Shown: one piece after another, positions 51,520 to 64,000 of the stretch
Position numbering within the stretch: position 1 is the first letter of the stretch
Layout of the letters: each line of letters begins with the position of its first letter
Assembly (NCBI GenBank): GCA_965655095.1
Contig: OZ296659.1
Location: forward strand, 33,790,001 to 33,854,000
DNA length: 64,000 nt
Origin: Haplodiscus bocki
Lineage: Eukaryota
Direction: 5' to 3'
The notes under the pieces: generated by a model
The model's database searches: none
Told to the model about the DNA's origin: nothing
Seen by the model: only the letters and a program-made list of their open reading frames with translations
Made by a program: the position numbers and the translations under genes

Positions 51520-53850
51520 ATTTATTCAATGAGTAGTATTGTCTCTTTGGTCCATTTTTATCTTGTTTTTAACAAAGAATATTGAAACAGAGGTAGAGAT
51601 ATGTTTACAGGAAGTCTTTATTTGTTTGAGATAAACTTAATAGAATTCAGTAAGAACTTTATGACAAATTGTAGAAGCAGGAATATGGAAAATTGAAATC
51701 AACCTTGAAGTGTCAAAGAAAGTGCAAGAGCCAAATAATGCATTGATTGCATCAGCCGACCAGCCAAGAGCAAACAAAAGAGCAATGTCTAAAAAGCGAT
51801 CGTGTAGATCGACCCTTAAAACTTTGTAGTGACTGAATCTATTTTTGTAAGTGTTTAAACAAAAGTCATGTGGTTGTTTTTCCAGAAACTGCTAGAAATT
51901 CAAATGATAAAGTTTTTCAAAAGAACTTCCTTGTATCATGGAATTGTTTTTTGAAAAAAAAACACAATTACAGAAATTTCCTAATTCAGCATTGAAATGA
52001 GTTCCAGGTTCTTGTGCAGTGAAAGTGATCGAAGCTATTGCAGTAAGATTTTGTTTTGGTTCAAGCAACTTTGGAGAAGATAGTAATACAGGTTTAGGAG
52101 TTATTACATGAAGTTCATCATCATCAGGATTTAATGCAAAAGCATTTTTTGCATTGTCATCATTGGAATAGGAGTAGCATAATTAAAGGTTTGTTTAGTT
52201 ATAAGATCAATTTACATTGTCTTGGTTGTATATCGGTATACGGTCGAAAAAACTATCAGTTTCATAGAGAGGTGAAAAAAATGAAGCCAATCACATAACC
52301 AAGCAGTAGAGACTTGTACATAAAGAAAGTTTTTGCGGCTTCCTGTAGAAGGTAACCAGCAAAAAGATGATTTTGGGCAAACATTGGACATTGCTACTCT
52401 GATTAGCAAATGTGGTCTCTCTGACTCACAGCTATGATGTAATGCAATTAGTCCTTGTCTGGTCAAAATTTTTAAAACATGGTCGATAGAAGAATCTATC
52501 TTCGTATATATGTGGGCTTCATAGTCTACAATGCCAAAAATAATTGAATCAATCAGTAGAGGGAAATAAAATTTCATTTCAACAGAGTCAAAGAAGAGTG
52601 GAGAAGACAATGAACTTTGAGAGAATGATGGTTCTTCATCAACAACAATTAAATTTTTTGTTACAGCATTCAGATTATAGCCTTCACGGTATTTGACAAG
52701 TAGGTCAAAAATACGCGTTGTATCCATTTTGTTGATTTTTGTCTACAGGAAATACTCTTTTGTGCAAAAGTTCCAATCGTGATAAAGTTGGAGTAGTGGT
52801 TGCCAGTGGTGAACAGTTGACGAGATGCTTTTACTAATTTCCTCAGTGTTCTTTCCAGTACCATTAAAGAAGTCATCAGTTCGTAACCGGAACTGTCATC
52901 CAATTCAGACATACATCTGTTGAAGTCAAAGCTGCGAAAAGTTAAACAATTTTGTTCAGGAAACCAAAAACTTTGACATGGATGTTCCAGTTTTGGTGTA
53001 CAAAAACCATCCGAATAATAACAAGGAATGGTTTGGCCTACAAGAATTAATTTATGTAGTTCATCGTCATAAAACGCCCAAAATTCTTCAAATATTAATC
53101 ACCAACTTTCTTCATCAATGAAATTTTCTTTATTATCTCCAACGTGAATTTTCAGGACCAGTAATCCAATCGTATTTATTAGGTCAAGAGGAGAATACAC
53201 CACTGTGTACAGTTTCCAGATTTGTTACCGAAAAAGGAGTTTTTTTCAATTTGGACTCGAAAACTCAATCCATCAACAAAAATTGAAAAAAACTTTATAA
53301 AAACATTGGTTCAGTTCAGGACTATATGTTCCACCAAGATTTCGAAAAATGTTTTTGCATTAATTTGGATCCAGTTTTTTAGGTATTGGCATTAAGTTAG
53401 CATGGCAGTCCATACGATCTTGGTCTATAGTTTCTACAAAATGGACTTTGAGCACAAAAATATCAAGTTTTTTGATCAGTTGCAGAGCAGCTAAAAACTC
53501 TAGCTCCCACAGTTTCACCACGACTAAAGACAAAAGCAAATTTTCTAGTTTGTTCAATTTCAGAAGGAGCTTGAGTAGATTTCAGTTACCCATTTAATCT
53601 ACATTGTCTCATGTTGGATTGCTTTGCACAAACATAATGAGTGGCTAACAGTTGGGTATTCCTAGGATCATCAAGTTGAGATAGATTTTAGGAAACAATT
53701 GTAATAATCTTTTGCAGTAAAGAGAAAATTAATAATTTATAGAATAAAATTACAACATTTCGACGGTAGTTTTGTATTTGAAACCAGAGATTGTTTACTA
53801 AAAAGTAATACTGACCACTTGATGCTCAAAATGAGGTTCGTCAAAGGAAG
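51520..53850 (-). pseudogene. Envelope-like glycoprotein of element B (further partial copies at 55323-57420 and 62380-64000)
   Basis: NLSQLDDPRNTQLLATHYVCAKQSNMRQ (~53610-53690) matches element A NLFQSDDPGITQQPSTLNDCSKQMNLR. Also GIVDYEAHIYTKID...LHHSCESERPHLLIRVAMS, and NRFSHYKVLRVDLHDRFLDIALLFA matching A NQFNPYNVLRVGLQDHLLNIAHLFA. Confidence 0.75.
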
Positions 53851-56800
53851 TAATTTCTACAGTAGTTGCAAGAAAAAGAACGAAAAAGTTCGGTGTTTAT
53901 TTTGAGTTGAAGTTGGAATTGGATTAGGATTTACTCCAACGAACTTTACAGTTAATTCAAACTTGATTTTGGTAGTAGTTTGAGTTTATCTTTTCAGTTC
54001 TTGATTGCGAGTAAAATTAGAAAAATGCAGACTTTTGTTTTTTTTTCCATTTAGAGGACGAATGTGACATCTCAGGTCATTTCTGAGATGGTTGAATATT
54101 TGAATAACAAGTATCAGTAGATACTTATTCGGATCAGGTGTAAGAGATCTAGAATTTTTGTCTAGTGGATGACATAGAAGTTCAGCAGCATTGATAGCAC
54201 TCAGTGTAGAGACTGTTTCTTGGTCTTCGATGAGACGCATAGTTTTTGCATATCAGTGAACAGTGAAAGGTGTTTCAATAACAGAGGAAGTTTGAATTGA
54301 GAATGGAAAACTAGAAGGAGGAGAAATAGTGTTTTCAGAGGCAGATGATTGAGATTGTACGTAATGACACAATCTTGCAGAAGTCGATCTCGATGTTGAT
54401 CTTGTGCGAGAGGAAGACGACGGTTGAATCGGTCTTGACCTCAAATAATGAAAGTGGGTATCATCTTTCGAAGAGAATGCTAGTGATCTGTTTGAGTGAG
54501 AATGCAATATTCCAATTCAGAAAAAAAAATCAACAAAACGTGTGCATAATAAACAGGAGGATAAATTTGTTTTTATTATGGAAAGTCTTTCAGAGCTGGT
54601 ATCAGACGCAGTTTTGAGACTAGGTGTTTTGTGTGGTGTAAATAGAGTAATACACGCTTCGCCAGTTTTTGCTTTGCCAAATAGGAGTCGACGATTTGTC
54701 ACAGGATGGAAATGTCGATTCAAGTTAATTTCGTTGTTTAAAGGGTTTCAATTTTCTAGCTACAGTTTTAGTAAAAGTTAATAGAATCGAGGGTCAACTT
54801 TTATCACATTGAAGGAATATGGATAGGTTGAGGGATGATAACCGAAGCAACAGGTATTGGTTTTAGAGGAGAGCTTTCAGTACATACACAGGAATTTGTC
54901 AAGTTTTCAGAAGGAAAAGTAGATTTTTCGGAATGGCTGATGTTGGCTCAGCAAATCCAATCTCCTGAAATTTCAAATTCATTTCAGAAGCAAGTAGAGC
55001 AGAGGGTGAATCAATATTTCCGGGTGAATGAGGGTATGAATCCAGGATTACGTCAATATTAGAAAAAAAACATTAGCGATAGGACAAGAATAATGGGTTC
55101 CAAAGTAGATACAAAGTCTTCAAATCTATTTGAACCAGAGACATCAATTTCGATTTTTTCAAAAATTGATTATGGTTTAATTTATCACCAAAGTCTTTGA
55201 TCCAAAACAACAGGTTTCAGGTGTGAAAAAAACTTCTGCGGTTTCAGTTTGATCGAATTCTTTCCCAAGAAAATGACAAATTTTCAAAGTTAAAATACAA
55301 AAGATACAATCTATGATGATCGAGCCGACCAGCCAAGAGCAAACAAAAGAGCAATGTCTAAAAAGCGATCGTGTAGATCGACCCTTAAAACTTTGTAGTG
55401 ACTGAATCTATTTTTGTAAGTGTTTAAACAAAAGTCATGTGGTTGTTTTTCCAGAAACTGCTAGAAATTCAAATGATAAAGTTTTTCAAAAGAACTTCCT
55501 TGTATCATGGAATTGTTTTTTGAAAAAAAACACAATTACAGAAATTTCCTAATTCAGCATTGAAATGAGTTCCAGGTTCTTGTGCAGTGAAAGTGATCGA
55601 AGCTATTGCAGTAAGATTTTGTTTTGGTTCAAGCAACTTTGGAGAAGATAGTAATACAGGTTTAGGAGTTATTACATGAAGTTCATCATCATCAGGATTT
55701 AATGCAAAAGCATTTTTTGCATTGTCATCATTGGAATAGGAGTAGCATAATTAAAGGTTTGTTTAGTTATAAGATCAATTTACATTGTCTTGGTTGTATA
55801 TCGGTATACGGTCGAAAAAACTATCAGTTTCATAGAGAGGTGAAAAAAATGAAGCCAATCACATAACCAAGCAGTAGAGACTTGTACATAAAGAAAGTTT
55901 TTGCGGCTTCCTGTAGAAGGTAACCAGCAAAAAAATGATTTTGGGCAAACATTGGACATTGCTACTCTGATTAGCAAATGTGGTCTCTCTGACTCACAGC
56001 TATGATGTAATGCAATTAGTCCTTGTCTGGTCAAAATTTTTAAAACATGGTCGATAGAAGAATCTATCTTCGTATATATGTGGGCTTCATAGTCTACAAT
56101 GCCAAAAATAATTGAATCAATCAGTAGAGGGAAATAAAATTTCATTTCAACAGAGTCAAAGAAGAGTGGAGAAGACAATGAACTTTGAGAGAATGATGGT
56201 TCTTCATCAACAACAATTAAATTTTTTGTTACAGCATTCAGATTATAGCCTTCACGGTATTTGACAAGTAGGTCAAAAATACGCGTTGTATCCATTTTGT
56301 TGATTTTTGTCTACAGGAAATACTCTTTTGTGCAAAAGTTCCAATCGTGATAAAGTTGGAGTAGTGGTTGCCAGTGGTGAATAGTTGACGAGATGCTTTT
56401 ACTAATTTCCTCAGTGTTCTTTCCAGTACCATTAAAGAAGTCATCAGTTCGTAACCGGAACTGTCATCCAATTCAGACATAAATCTGTTGAAGTCAAAGC
56501 TGCGAAAAGTTAAACAATTTTGTTCAGGAAACCAAAAACTTTGACATGGATGTTCCAGTTTTGGTGTACAAAAACCATCCGAATAATAACAAGGAATGGT
56601 TTGGCCTACAAGAATTAATTTATGTAGTTCATCGTCATAAAACGCCCAAAATTCTTCAAATATTAATCACCAACTTTCTTCATCAATGAAATTTTCTTTA
56701 TTATCTCCAACGTGAATTTTCAGGACCAGTAATCCAATCGTATTTATTAGGTCAAGAGGAGAATACACCACTGTGTACAGTTTCCAGATTTGTTACCGAA

Positions 56801-58890
56801 AAAGGAGTTTTTTTCAATTTGGACTCGAAAACTCAATCCATCAACAAAAATTGAAAAAAACTTTATAAAAACATTGGTTCAGTTCAGGACTATATGTTCC
56901 ACCAAGATTTCGAAAAATGTTTTTGCATTAATTTGGATCCAGTTTTTTAGGTATTGGCATTAAGTTAGCATGGCAGTCCATACGATCTTGGTCTATAGTT
57001 TCTACAAAATGGACTTTGAGCACAAAAATATCAAGTTTTTTGATCAGTTGCAGAGCAGCTAAAAACTCTAGCTCCCACAGTTTCACCACGACTAAAGACA
57101 AAAGCAAATTTTCTAGTTTGTTCAATTTCAGAAGGAGCTTGAGTAGATTTCAGTTACCCATTTAATCTACATTGTCTCATGTTGGATTGCTTTGCACAAA
57201 CATAATGAGTGGCTAACAGTTGGGTATTCCTAGGATCATCAAGTTGAGATAGATTTTAGGAAACAATTGTAATAATCTTTTGCAGTAAAGAGAAAATTAT
57301 TAATTTATAGAATAAAATTACAACATTTCGACGGTAGTTTTGTATTTGAAACCAGAGATTGTTTACTAAAAAGTAATACTGACCACTTGATGCTCAAAAT
57401 GAGGTTCGTCAAAGGAAGTAATTTCTACAGTAGTTGCAAGAAAAAGAACGAAAAAGTTCGGTGTTTATTTTGAGTTGAAGTTGGAATTGGATTAGGATTT
57501 ACTCCAACGAACTTTACAGTTAATTCAAACTTGATTTTGGTAGTAGTTTGAGTTTATCTTTTCAGTTCTTGATTGCGAGTAAAATTAGAAAAATGCAGAC
57601 TTTTGTTTTTTTTTCCATTTAGAGGACGAATGTGACATCTCAGGTCATTTCTGAGATGGTTGAATATTTGAATAACAAGTATCAGTAGATACTTATTCGG
57701 ATCAGGTGTAAGAGATCTAGAATTTTTGTCTAGTGGATGACATAGAAGTTCAGCAGCATTGATAGCACTCAGTGTAGAGACTGTTTCTTGGTCTTCGATG
57801 AGACGCATAGTTTTTGCATATCAGTGAACAGTGAAAGGTGTTTCAATAACAGAGGAAGTTTGAATTGAGAATGGAAAACTAGAAGGAGGAGAAATAGTGT
57901 TTTCAGAGGCAGATGATTGAGATTGTACGTAATGACACAATCTTGCAGAAGTCGATCTCGATGTTGATCTTGTGCGAGAGGAAGACGACGGTTGAATCGG
58001 TCTTGACCTCAAATAATGAAAGTGGGTATCATCTTTCGAAGAGAATGCTAGTGATCTGTTTGAGTGAGAATGCAATATTCCAATTCAGAAAAAAAAATCA
58101 ACAAAACGTGTGCATAATAAACAGGAGGATAAATTTGTTTTTATTATGGAAAGTCTTTCAGAGCTGGTATCAGACGCAGTTTTGAGACTAGGTGTTTTGT
58201 GTGGTGTAAATAGAGTAATACACGCTTCGCCAGTTTTTGCTTTGCCAAATAGGAGTCGACGATTTGTCACAGGATGGAAATGTCGATTCAAGTTAATTTC
58301 GTTGTTTAAAGGGTTTCAATTTTCTAGCTACAGTTTTAGTAAAAGTTAATAGAATCGAGGGTCAACTTTTATCACATTGAAGGAATATGGATAGGTTGAG
58401 GGATGATAACCGAAGCAACAGGTATTGGTTTTAGAGGAGAGCTTTCAGTACATACACAGGAATTTGTCAAGTTTTCAGAAGGAAAAGTAGATTTTTCGGA
58501 ATGGCTGATGTTGGCTCAGCAAATCCAATCTCCTGAAATTTCAAATTCATTTCAGAAGCAAGTAGAGCAGAGGGTGAATCAATATTTCCGGGTGAATGAG
58601 GGTATGAATCCAGGATTACGTCAATATTAGAAAAAAAACATTAGCGATAGGACAAGAATAATGGGTTCCAAAGTAGATACAAAGTCTTCAAATCTATTTG
58701 AACCAGAGATATCAATGTCGACCATTTTAAATTGATTATGGTTTAAATTATCACAAAAGACTTTGATCCAAAACAACAGGTTTCAGATGTAAAAAAACTT
58801 TCTGCAGTTTCAGTTTGATCGAATTCTTCCCCAAGAAAATGACAAATTTTCAAAGTTAAAATACAAAAGATACAATCTATGATGATCGAG
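51754..58890. repeat. Near-identical direct tandem duplication, ~3568 bp unit (51754-55322 and 55323-58890)
   Basis: ORF track offset of 3568 (52212/55780, 53986/57554, 54835/58403). Junction gatgatcg|agccgaccagcc at 55323. Confidence 0.97.
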
Positions 58891-59399
58891 AAAGATACTA
58901 TTTTGGAAGATTCTATAGGCTTCCATGGGCAGTTTAGTCCTAATCGAATACTGTTAAATTGAATCTTTTTTAGGAATAGAAGGTGATGGAGGGAAAAAGC
59001 GATACTTCTTCCACTGTTGTGGTCTTAAGTCTCATTTGGTTCGAGTGTTTCCGTTGGAAGCTTGTGATTGATTAGAAAACAGGAACGTTTCTGTTGCGTG
59101 CGTGGATGACGTCGGAGAGTCCAGAACAATGACAGTATTGGAACATGAAAAAATCGGGGACTTTGATAGGAGATTGAAATTTCAAAGGTCTGGGTTTGTG
59201 ATAAATTTTTTCACAAACAGATTTGAAACGAGTGGGTTGATGAACATCATCTAAGTTCACTAAATTGCCTAGTTTTTTGTCAAACAAAACTGACGTATCA
59301 TCATTGTCATTGCAGAGTGAGTCAACACCAATAACATTATCACCTAGTTCAGAGGTGTCAAGTGGAGTATGAAGTTTTTCTGAAAAAAGTCTGAAGTGT

Positions 59400-60750
59400 C
59401 AGAATTATGAGTAAATTTTGTTCATTGTGTGATTAAAAGTGAGGAAATTGAAAGGTTCTTTCAGTTAATATGAATTCAACTGGTTTCTTTCTGTGTGAAA
59501 TGTATTTCGGTGTGTTGAAGTTTCATACGTGACATCCGTACGCTGGTTAATAAACAAAAACAGACCAATGCAAAGTGATTTCAACAACCTTAAAAATGCA
59601 CAGCTTAGACATGTTCAAGCGAAAAAAAAACAAATTTCTCGTTCATGGTTTATCGAAATTTGTTTATTTTGCATTGTATAGGCAGCTGTTTTTTTTCAAT
59701 GCATTTTGGTGAACTTTCAAGTAACTTTCCAACTTTCCATTATTGCTGTTTCAATACCGAGAAACCAAACGGGAAATGGTCTCAGCATTATGCTTAGAAA
59801 CAAAGAATTTCTTATCAATGGACTTTGAATGTAAGTGAAGTGGTAGATCAGAAACGTATATCGCAGTACAATCAAATTACTTCCGGAAAAAAGATAACTG
59901 AAATTTCAGTGGAAAACGCGGCTGCGCATGAAAAATCAATTCATATGGTGAAAAATTCAAATGTGACACAGGTTAGGATGTGTGAATATAAGCAAAGAAA
60001 AGTACTTGAACAGACCAGTTTGCAAGGGTATCATATAAGAACCTTCTCGGATGGGTTCCTTTTTTTTCTGTACTCCAAGAAGTCTGTTTATCCAAGGACC
60101 ATATGAAGTTCTTGAAGAATGTCTGATATCAAATAAGGAACAGCATTTTGTGAGTTCCTCATTGAGATATTCGTTTCCTCCTTATGCAATGAATTGTTCG
60201 GGAGTACCACATTTTAATATTCAGTGTTGAGTTAATGAGTGTACACCATATTGAGCCTTCTTTTTTGCGGTTGGTACAGTGACAAAGTAGTTGTTGAAGT
60301 CATCAACAAATAAAAAAAGTGACGATTAGCTACAGAGGCAGGTTTCATTGAACATTTAGTTTGCATAGAGACACTATGGTAAAAAAATTTGCTTGATTGT
60401 TTCAAAAAATGTAAGGTTGCAGCTTCATGTTGTTTCATACTTTTATGTTTATTCATTTGGCAATCAAATCAACCATGACTTAAAAAGGATAGCCTTTTGT
60501 GCAGAAATGGATTTTATTACTATTAAATTATTAAAAAATTGAGCCAAGATCAAAAACAGTATAAGGATGTTCATGAAATTCCATAAAGTCAGAGCAAAAC
60601 AAAGTCAGTGGTGAGCATATAAGAAATCTTGTTTTATCAGTGTGCCAAAAAATTTTACCAAATTTTTTCAGATATTGGTTTTTATTGGTGATAAGTCCAG
60701 TGTATTCATCAAATAACAGATTAGGAAATCTTCTTTAACTTTCTAGCAAG
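59400..60750 (-). pseudogene. pol: Gypsy integrase remnant of element B
   Basis: QH*ILKCGTPEQFIA*GGNEYLNEELTKCCSLFDIRHSSRTSYGPWINRLLGVQ (~60060-60230) matches the integrase core G.P..I.TD.G.EY...RT..Y.P..NG..E. Colinear with 38300-39700. Confidence 0.82.
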
Positions 60751-61191
60751 AATGGATTAGCAATAAGTCTGGGTGTTTTGTCAACGGATGTGAATTCGAG
60801 CGATCCAACTGAATAAAATTTTCAAAACAGGATCTCTTCCTGATAATTAAAAAATGTATCTGTATCCAATGGACTGTCAGGAGGTAAAAGTTTTTCCATG
60901 CTTTTGGATGAGTGTTTGAAAAATGATGGAGCATAAGAATAAATTATTGATTGATAGTTTTATTACATAAGGATTTAATTCACTGATAGATTGCAATTGT
61001 GAATTTTCATCTTCAGAGTTTTTCAGATTTTTGAGGCGTAGATGGAAAACACGTCAGTGCAGCGATGACTGTTTGTTCAAAATTATCCTTAGAGTGTAAA
61101 GATAAATCAAGGTGAAGACGATTATCATCTTGCGGAATTCTTTTCTCAATCGGATCATCAATATTATTGATGTCAGCATCTTTTCTATGAG

Positions 61192-64000
61192 TTTTATATG
61201 AAGGTTTCAGAATACAGAACATATGAAGTTCAAAATTATATGTAAATTTTCTACTTTGAAAGACAAAACTTCTTTTATCTGGGAGAAGGATTATCCCAAA
61301 AACGTTCATATGTGTCTTGATGGAAAAGTTTTTGGTTAACAGGTTGAAAATTTAGATTTGATTCACCAGTATGTAGAACAATGCAGTTCAACAGTATGTA
61401 TATCCATCATGTTAGTACAGATTGGCATAAAAAACTCACTTGCAGAGTGAAGATTTTTCGAATGTCGGAAGTCCAGTACTCATGTGGAGCTAATATAAGA
61501 GACGCATACGAGACAAAAAATAATGATCATTGTATCGATTTGGATATAAATGAATTTTATACGGTGTTGAAACCAAAAACAGGGAAATTAATTGAGGTTA
61601 AAATTGAAACTTATCAGTGGACAGTTGAGATGTTAAAGTATCATTTCGATGTCAACCAGGTTTTTGTTATGTCTTCAAATATAACTTTTGAGGTTAACAA
61701 GTCAGGGTCATTCAAAATTTTGAACTTCTCTTCTGGAGATTTTGAAGACACAGGATCACAGTTTTTGGGGGACTTTTGTTGAATCGTTTGAACCATTTGA
61801 TGGAGGAGTACAAGATGCTTCTTGATTTTCCATTCCATCGTTCAGAAACATTTCCTATTTTTAGTAAATCTATGGGTTTAATGAGAATATTCAGAGAAAA
61901 TTAACTTTCAAATGATACATTTTTTTTATTCAATTGGTACAGTGTTTAACAGAAATTGGGAATCAAAATCAGTGGGAGGAAAAGAAACTTCTAATGTTTT
62001 TACCTTGAGATTCTTATTGACAATTTGTACCTTTACTTACGACTGGAAGCGGAGACACTAGTTTTGTCTCATGGGTGAGATTCCGTCTGATCAGTTGTAT
62101 TTGACGATTGAATTGGAGGAGGAATTTCTGCAAGTACATGATCAAACATGCAGAACATTGTTATAAAGAATTGCAGAGCATTTTGCAGAAGACAGACAAC
62201 ATTGAAGTTTTTGCTTATTTAAAGAATATTTCAGTGCTGAGAAGTTATGATATGTTTCAGAGCTCTAAAGAAGAACTCGTGGTGAACATGAACATAGAAA
62301 GAATGAAAATTTTCAGAATTTCAGAGAAACAGAGTTTTTATCATCTAATTCGAAAATTATGAACAATATAAATTGTAGTGTTAAATTTATTCAATGAGTA
62401 GTATTGTCTCTTTGGTCCATTTTTATCTTGTTTTTAACAAAGAATATTGAAACAGAGGTAGAGATATGTTTACAGGAAGTCTTTATTTGTTTGAGATAAA
62501 CTTATTAGAATTCAGTAGGAACTTTATGACAAATTGTAGAAGCAGGAATATGGAAAATTGAAATCAACCTTTAAGTGTCAAAGAAAGTGCAAGAGCCAAA
62601 TAATGCATTGATTGCATCAGCAGACCAGCCAAGAGCAAACAAAAGAGCAATGTCTAAAAAGCGATCGTGTAGATTGACCCTTAAAACTTTGTAGTGACTG
62701 AATCTATTTTTGTAAGTGTTTAAACAAAAGTCAATTGGTTGTTTTTCCAGAAACTGCTAGAAATTCAAATGATAAAGTTTTTCCAATGAACTTCCTTGTA
62801 TCATGGAATTGTTTTTTGAAAAAAAACACAATTACAGAAATTTCTTACTTCAGCATTGAAATGAGTTCCAGGTTCTTGTGCAGTGAAAGTGATCGAATCT
62901 ATTGCAGTAAGATTTTGTTTTGGTTCAAGCAACTTTGGAGAAGATAGTAATACAGGTTTAGGAGTTATTACATGAAGTTCATCATCATCAGGATTTAATG
63001 CAAAAGCATTTTTTGCATTGTCATCATTGGAATAGGAGTAGCATAATTAAAGGTTTGTTTAGTTATAAGATCAATTTACATTGTCTTGGTTGTATATCGG
63101 TATACGGTCGAAAAAACTATCAGTTTCATAGAGAGGTGAAAAAAATGAAGCCAATCACATAACCAAGCAGTAGAGACTTGTACATAAAGAAAGTTTTTGC
63201 GGCTTCCTGTAGAAGGTAACCAGCAAAAAGATGATTTTGGGCAAACATTGGACATTGCTACTCTGATTAGCAAATGTGGTCTCTCTGACTCACAGCTATG
63301 ATGTAATGCAATTAGTCCTTGTCTGGTCAAAATTTTTAAAACATGGTCGATAGAAGAATCTATCTTGGTCTATATGTGGGCTTCATAGTCTACAATGCCA
63401 AAAATAATTGAATCAACCAGTGGAGGGAGATAAAATTTCATTTCGACAGAGTCAAAAAGAGTGGAGAAGACAAAACTTGTTGATCGTCATAAAAAACGCC
63501 GAAAATTCTTCAAATAATAATCACCAACTTTCTTTATCAATGAAAATTTCTTTATTATCTCCATTGTGAATTTTCAGGACCAGTAATCCAATCGTATTTA
63601 TTAGGTCAAGAGGAGAATACACCACTGTGTACAGTTTCCCGATTTGTTATCGAAAAAGGAATATTTTTTCAATTTGGACGCCAAAACTCAATCTATCAAC
63701 AAAAAATTTAAAAAACTATTATAAAAACATTGGTTCAGTTCATGACTATCTGTTGCACCAAGATTTCGAAAAATGTTTGTGCATTAATTTGGATCCAGTT
63801 CTTTGGGTAATGGCATTAAGTTAGCATGGCAGTCCATACGATCATGGTCTGTAGTTTCTACTATGTGGACTTTGAGCACAAAAATATCAAGTTTTTTGAT
63901 CAGTTGCAGAGCAGCTAAAAACTCTAGCTCTCACAGTTTCACCACGACTAAAGACAAAAGCAAATTTTCTAGTTTGTTCAATTTCAGAAGGAGCTTGAGT
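61192..64000 (-). repeat. Further tandem copy of the element B interior (duplicate of 50329-53580) with a ~445 bp deletion
   Basis: ttttatatgaaggtttcagaatacagaacata occurs at 50329 and 61192. ORF pairs 50518/61381 and 52212/63076. The deletion junction ggagaagaca|aaacttgttgatcgtc at ~63471 removes the equivalent of ~52610-53055. Confidence 0.95.

Larger units (their letters stand above)
46662..61191 (-). mobile_element. Giant env-bearing Ty3/Gypsy retroelement, copy B (diverged relative of A; degenerate, internally duplicated, truncated upstream of integrase)
   Basis: Same order as element A: candidate LTR 46662-46921, ORF remnant ~46950-47800, CCAGAAA array 48445-48610, accessory ORFs 48800-51500, env 51520-53850, unknown ORF, integrase 59400-60750. 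Confidence 0.85.

Noticed and set aside
1-64000. tRNA, rRNA or prokaryotic operon features
   Set aside because: None recognised by eye. Spliceosomal exons and TE content indicate an animal nuclear locus. A tRNAscan or Infernal run would be needed to exclude small RNAs.

Overview
AT-rich animal (eukaryotic) genomic DNA, mostly decayed transposable-element sequence, with a 200-N scaffold gap at 41343-41542. The only host gene I can support is a + strand MEGF10/11-Draper-CED-1-like receptor (EMI domain, one NIM/EGF repeat, then laminin-type EGF repeats). Three exons are visible (25059-25165, 25956-26048, 44510-45053), and at least one internal exon is missing. Its introns hold two diverged, very large (>15 kb) antisense Ty3/Gypsy elements with the same layout: pol (RT-RNaseH-IN), an unknown ORF, an envelope-like glycoprotein resembling chuvirus/gB-type class III fusogens, further unknown ORFs, a CCAGAAA motif array, and a short ~260 bp candidate LTR. 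This looks like a complex invertebrate endogenous retrovirus lineage and is the best candidate for an undescribed system, though every copy here is pseudogenised. Other content: a mosaic ~2.8 kb tandem array (1-15582) whose junctions join two head-to-head gag-containing LTR-like fragments; a 1,987 bp non-autonomous CACTG (CMC/EnSpm-type) transposon with perfect TIRs; a decayed ~60-aa repeat-protein region; two tandem zinc-finger ORF remnants; and several kb-scale tandem duplications. The TE peptides resemble families I recall from acoel (Xenacoelomorpha) genomes, which is unverified. All alignments were done by eye, so boundaries of decayed ORFs are approximate.
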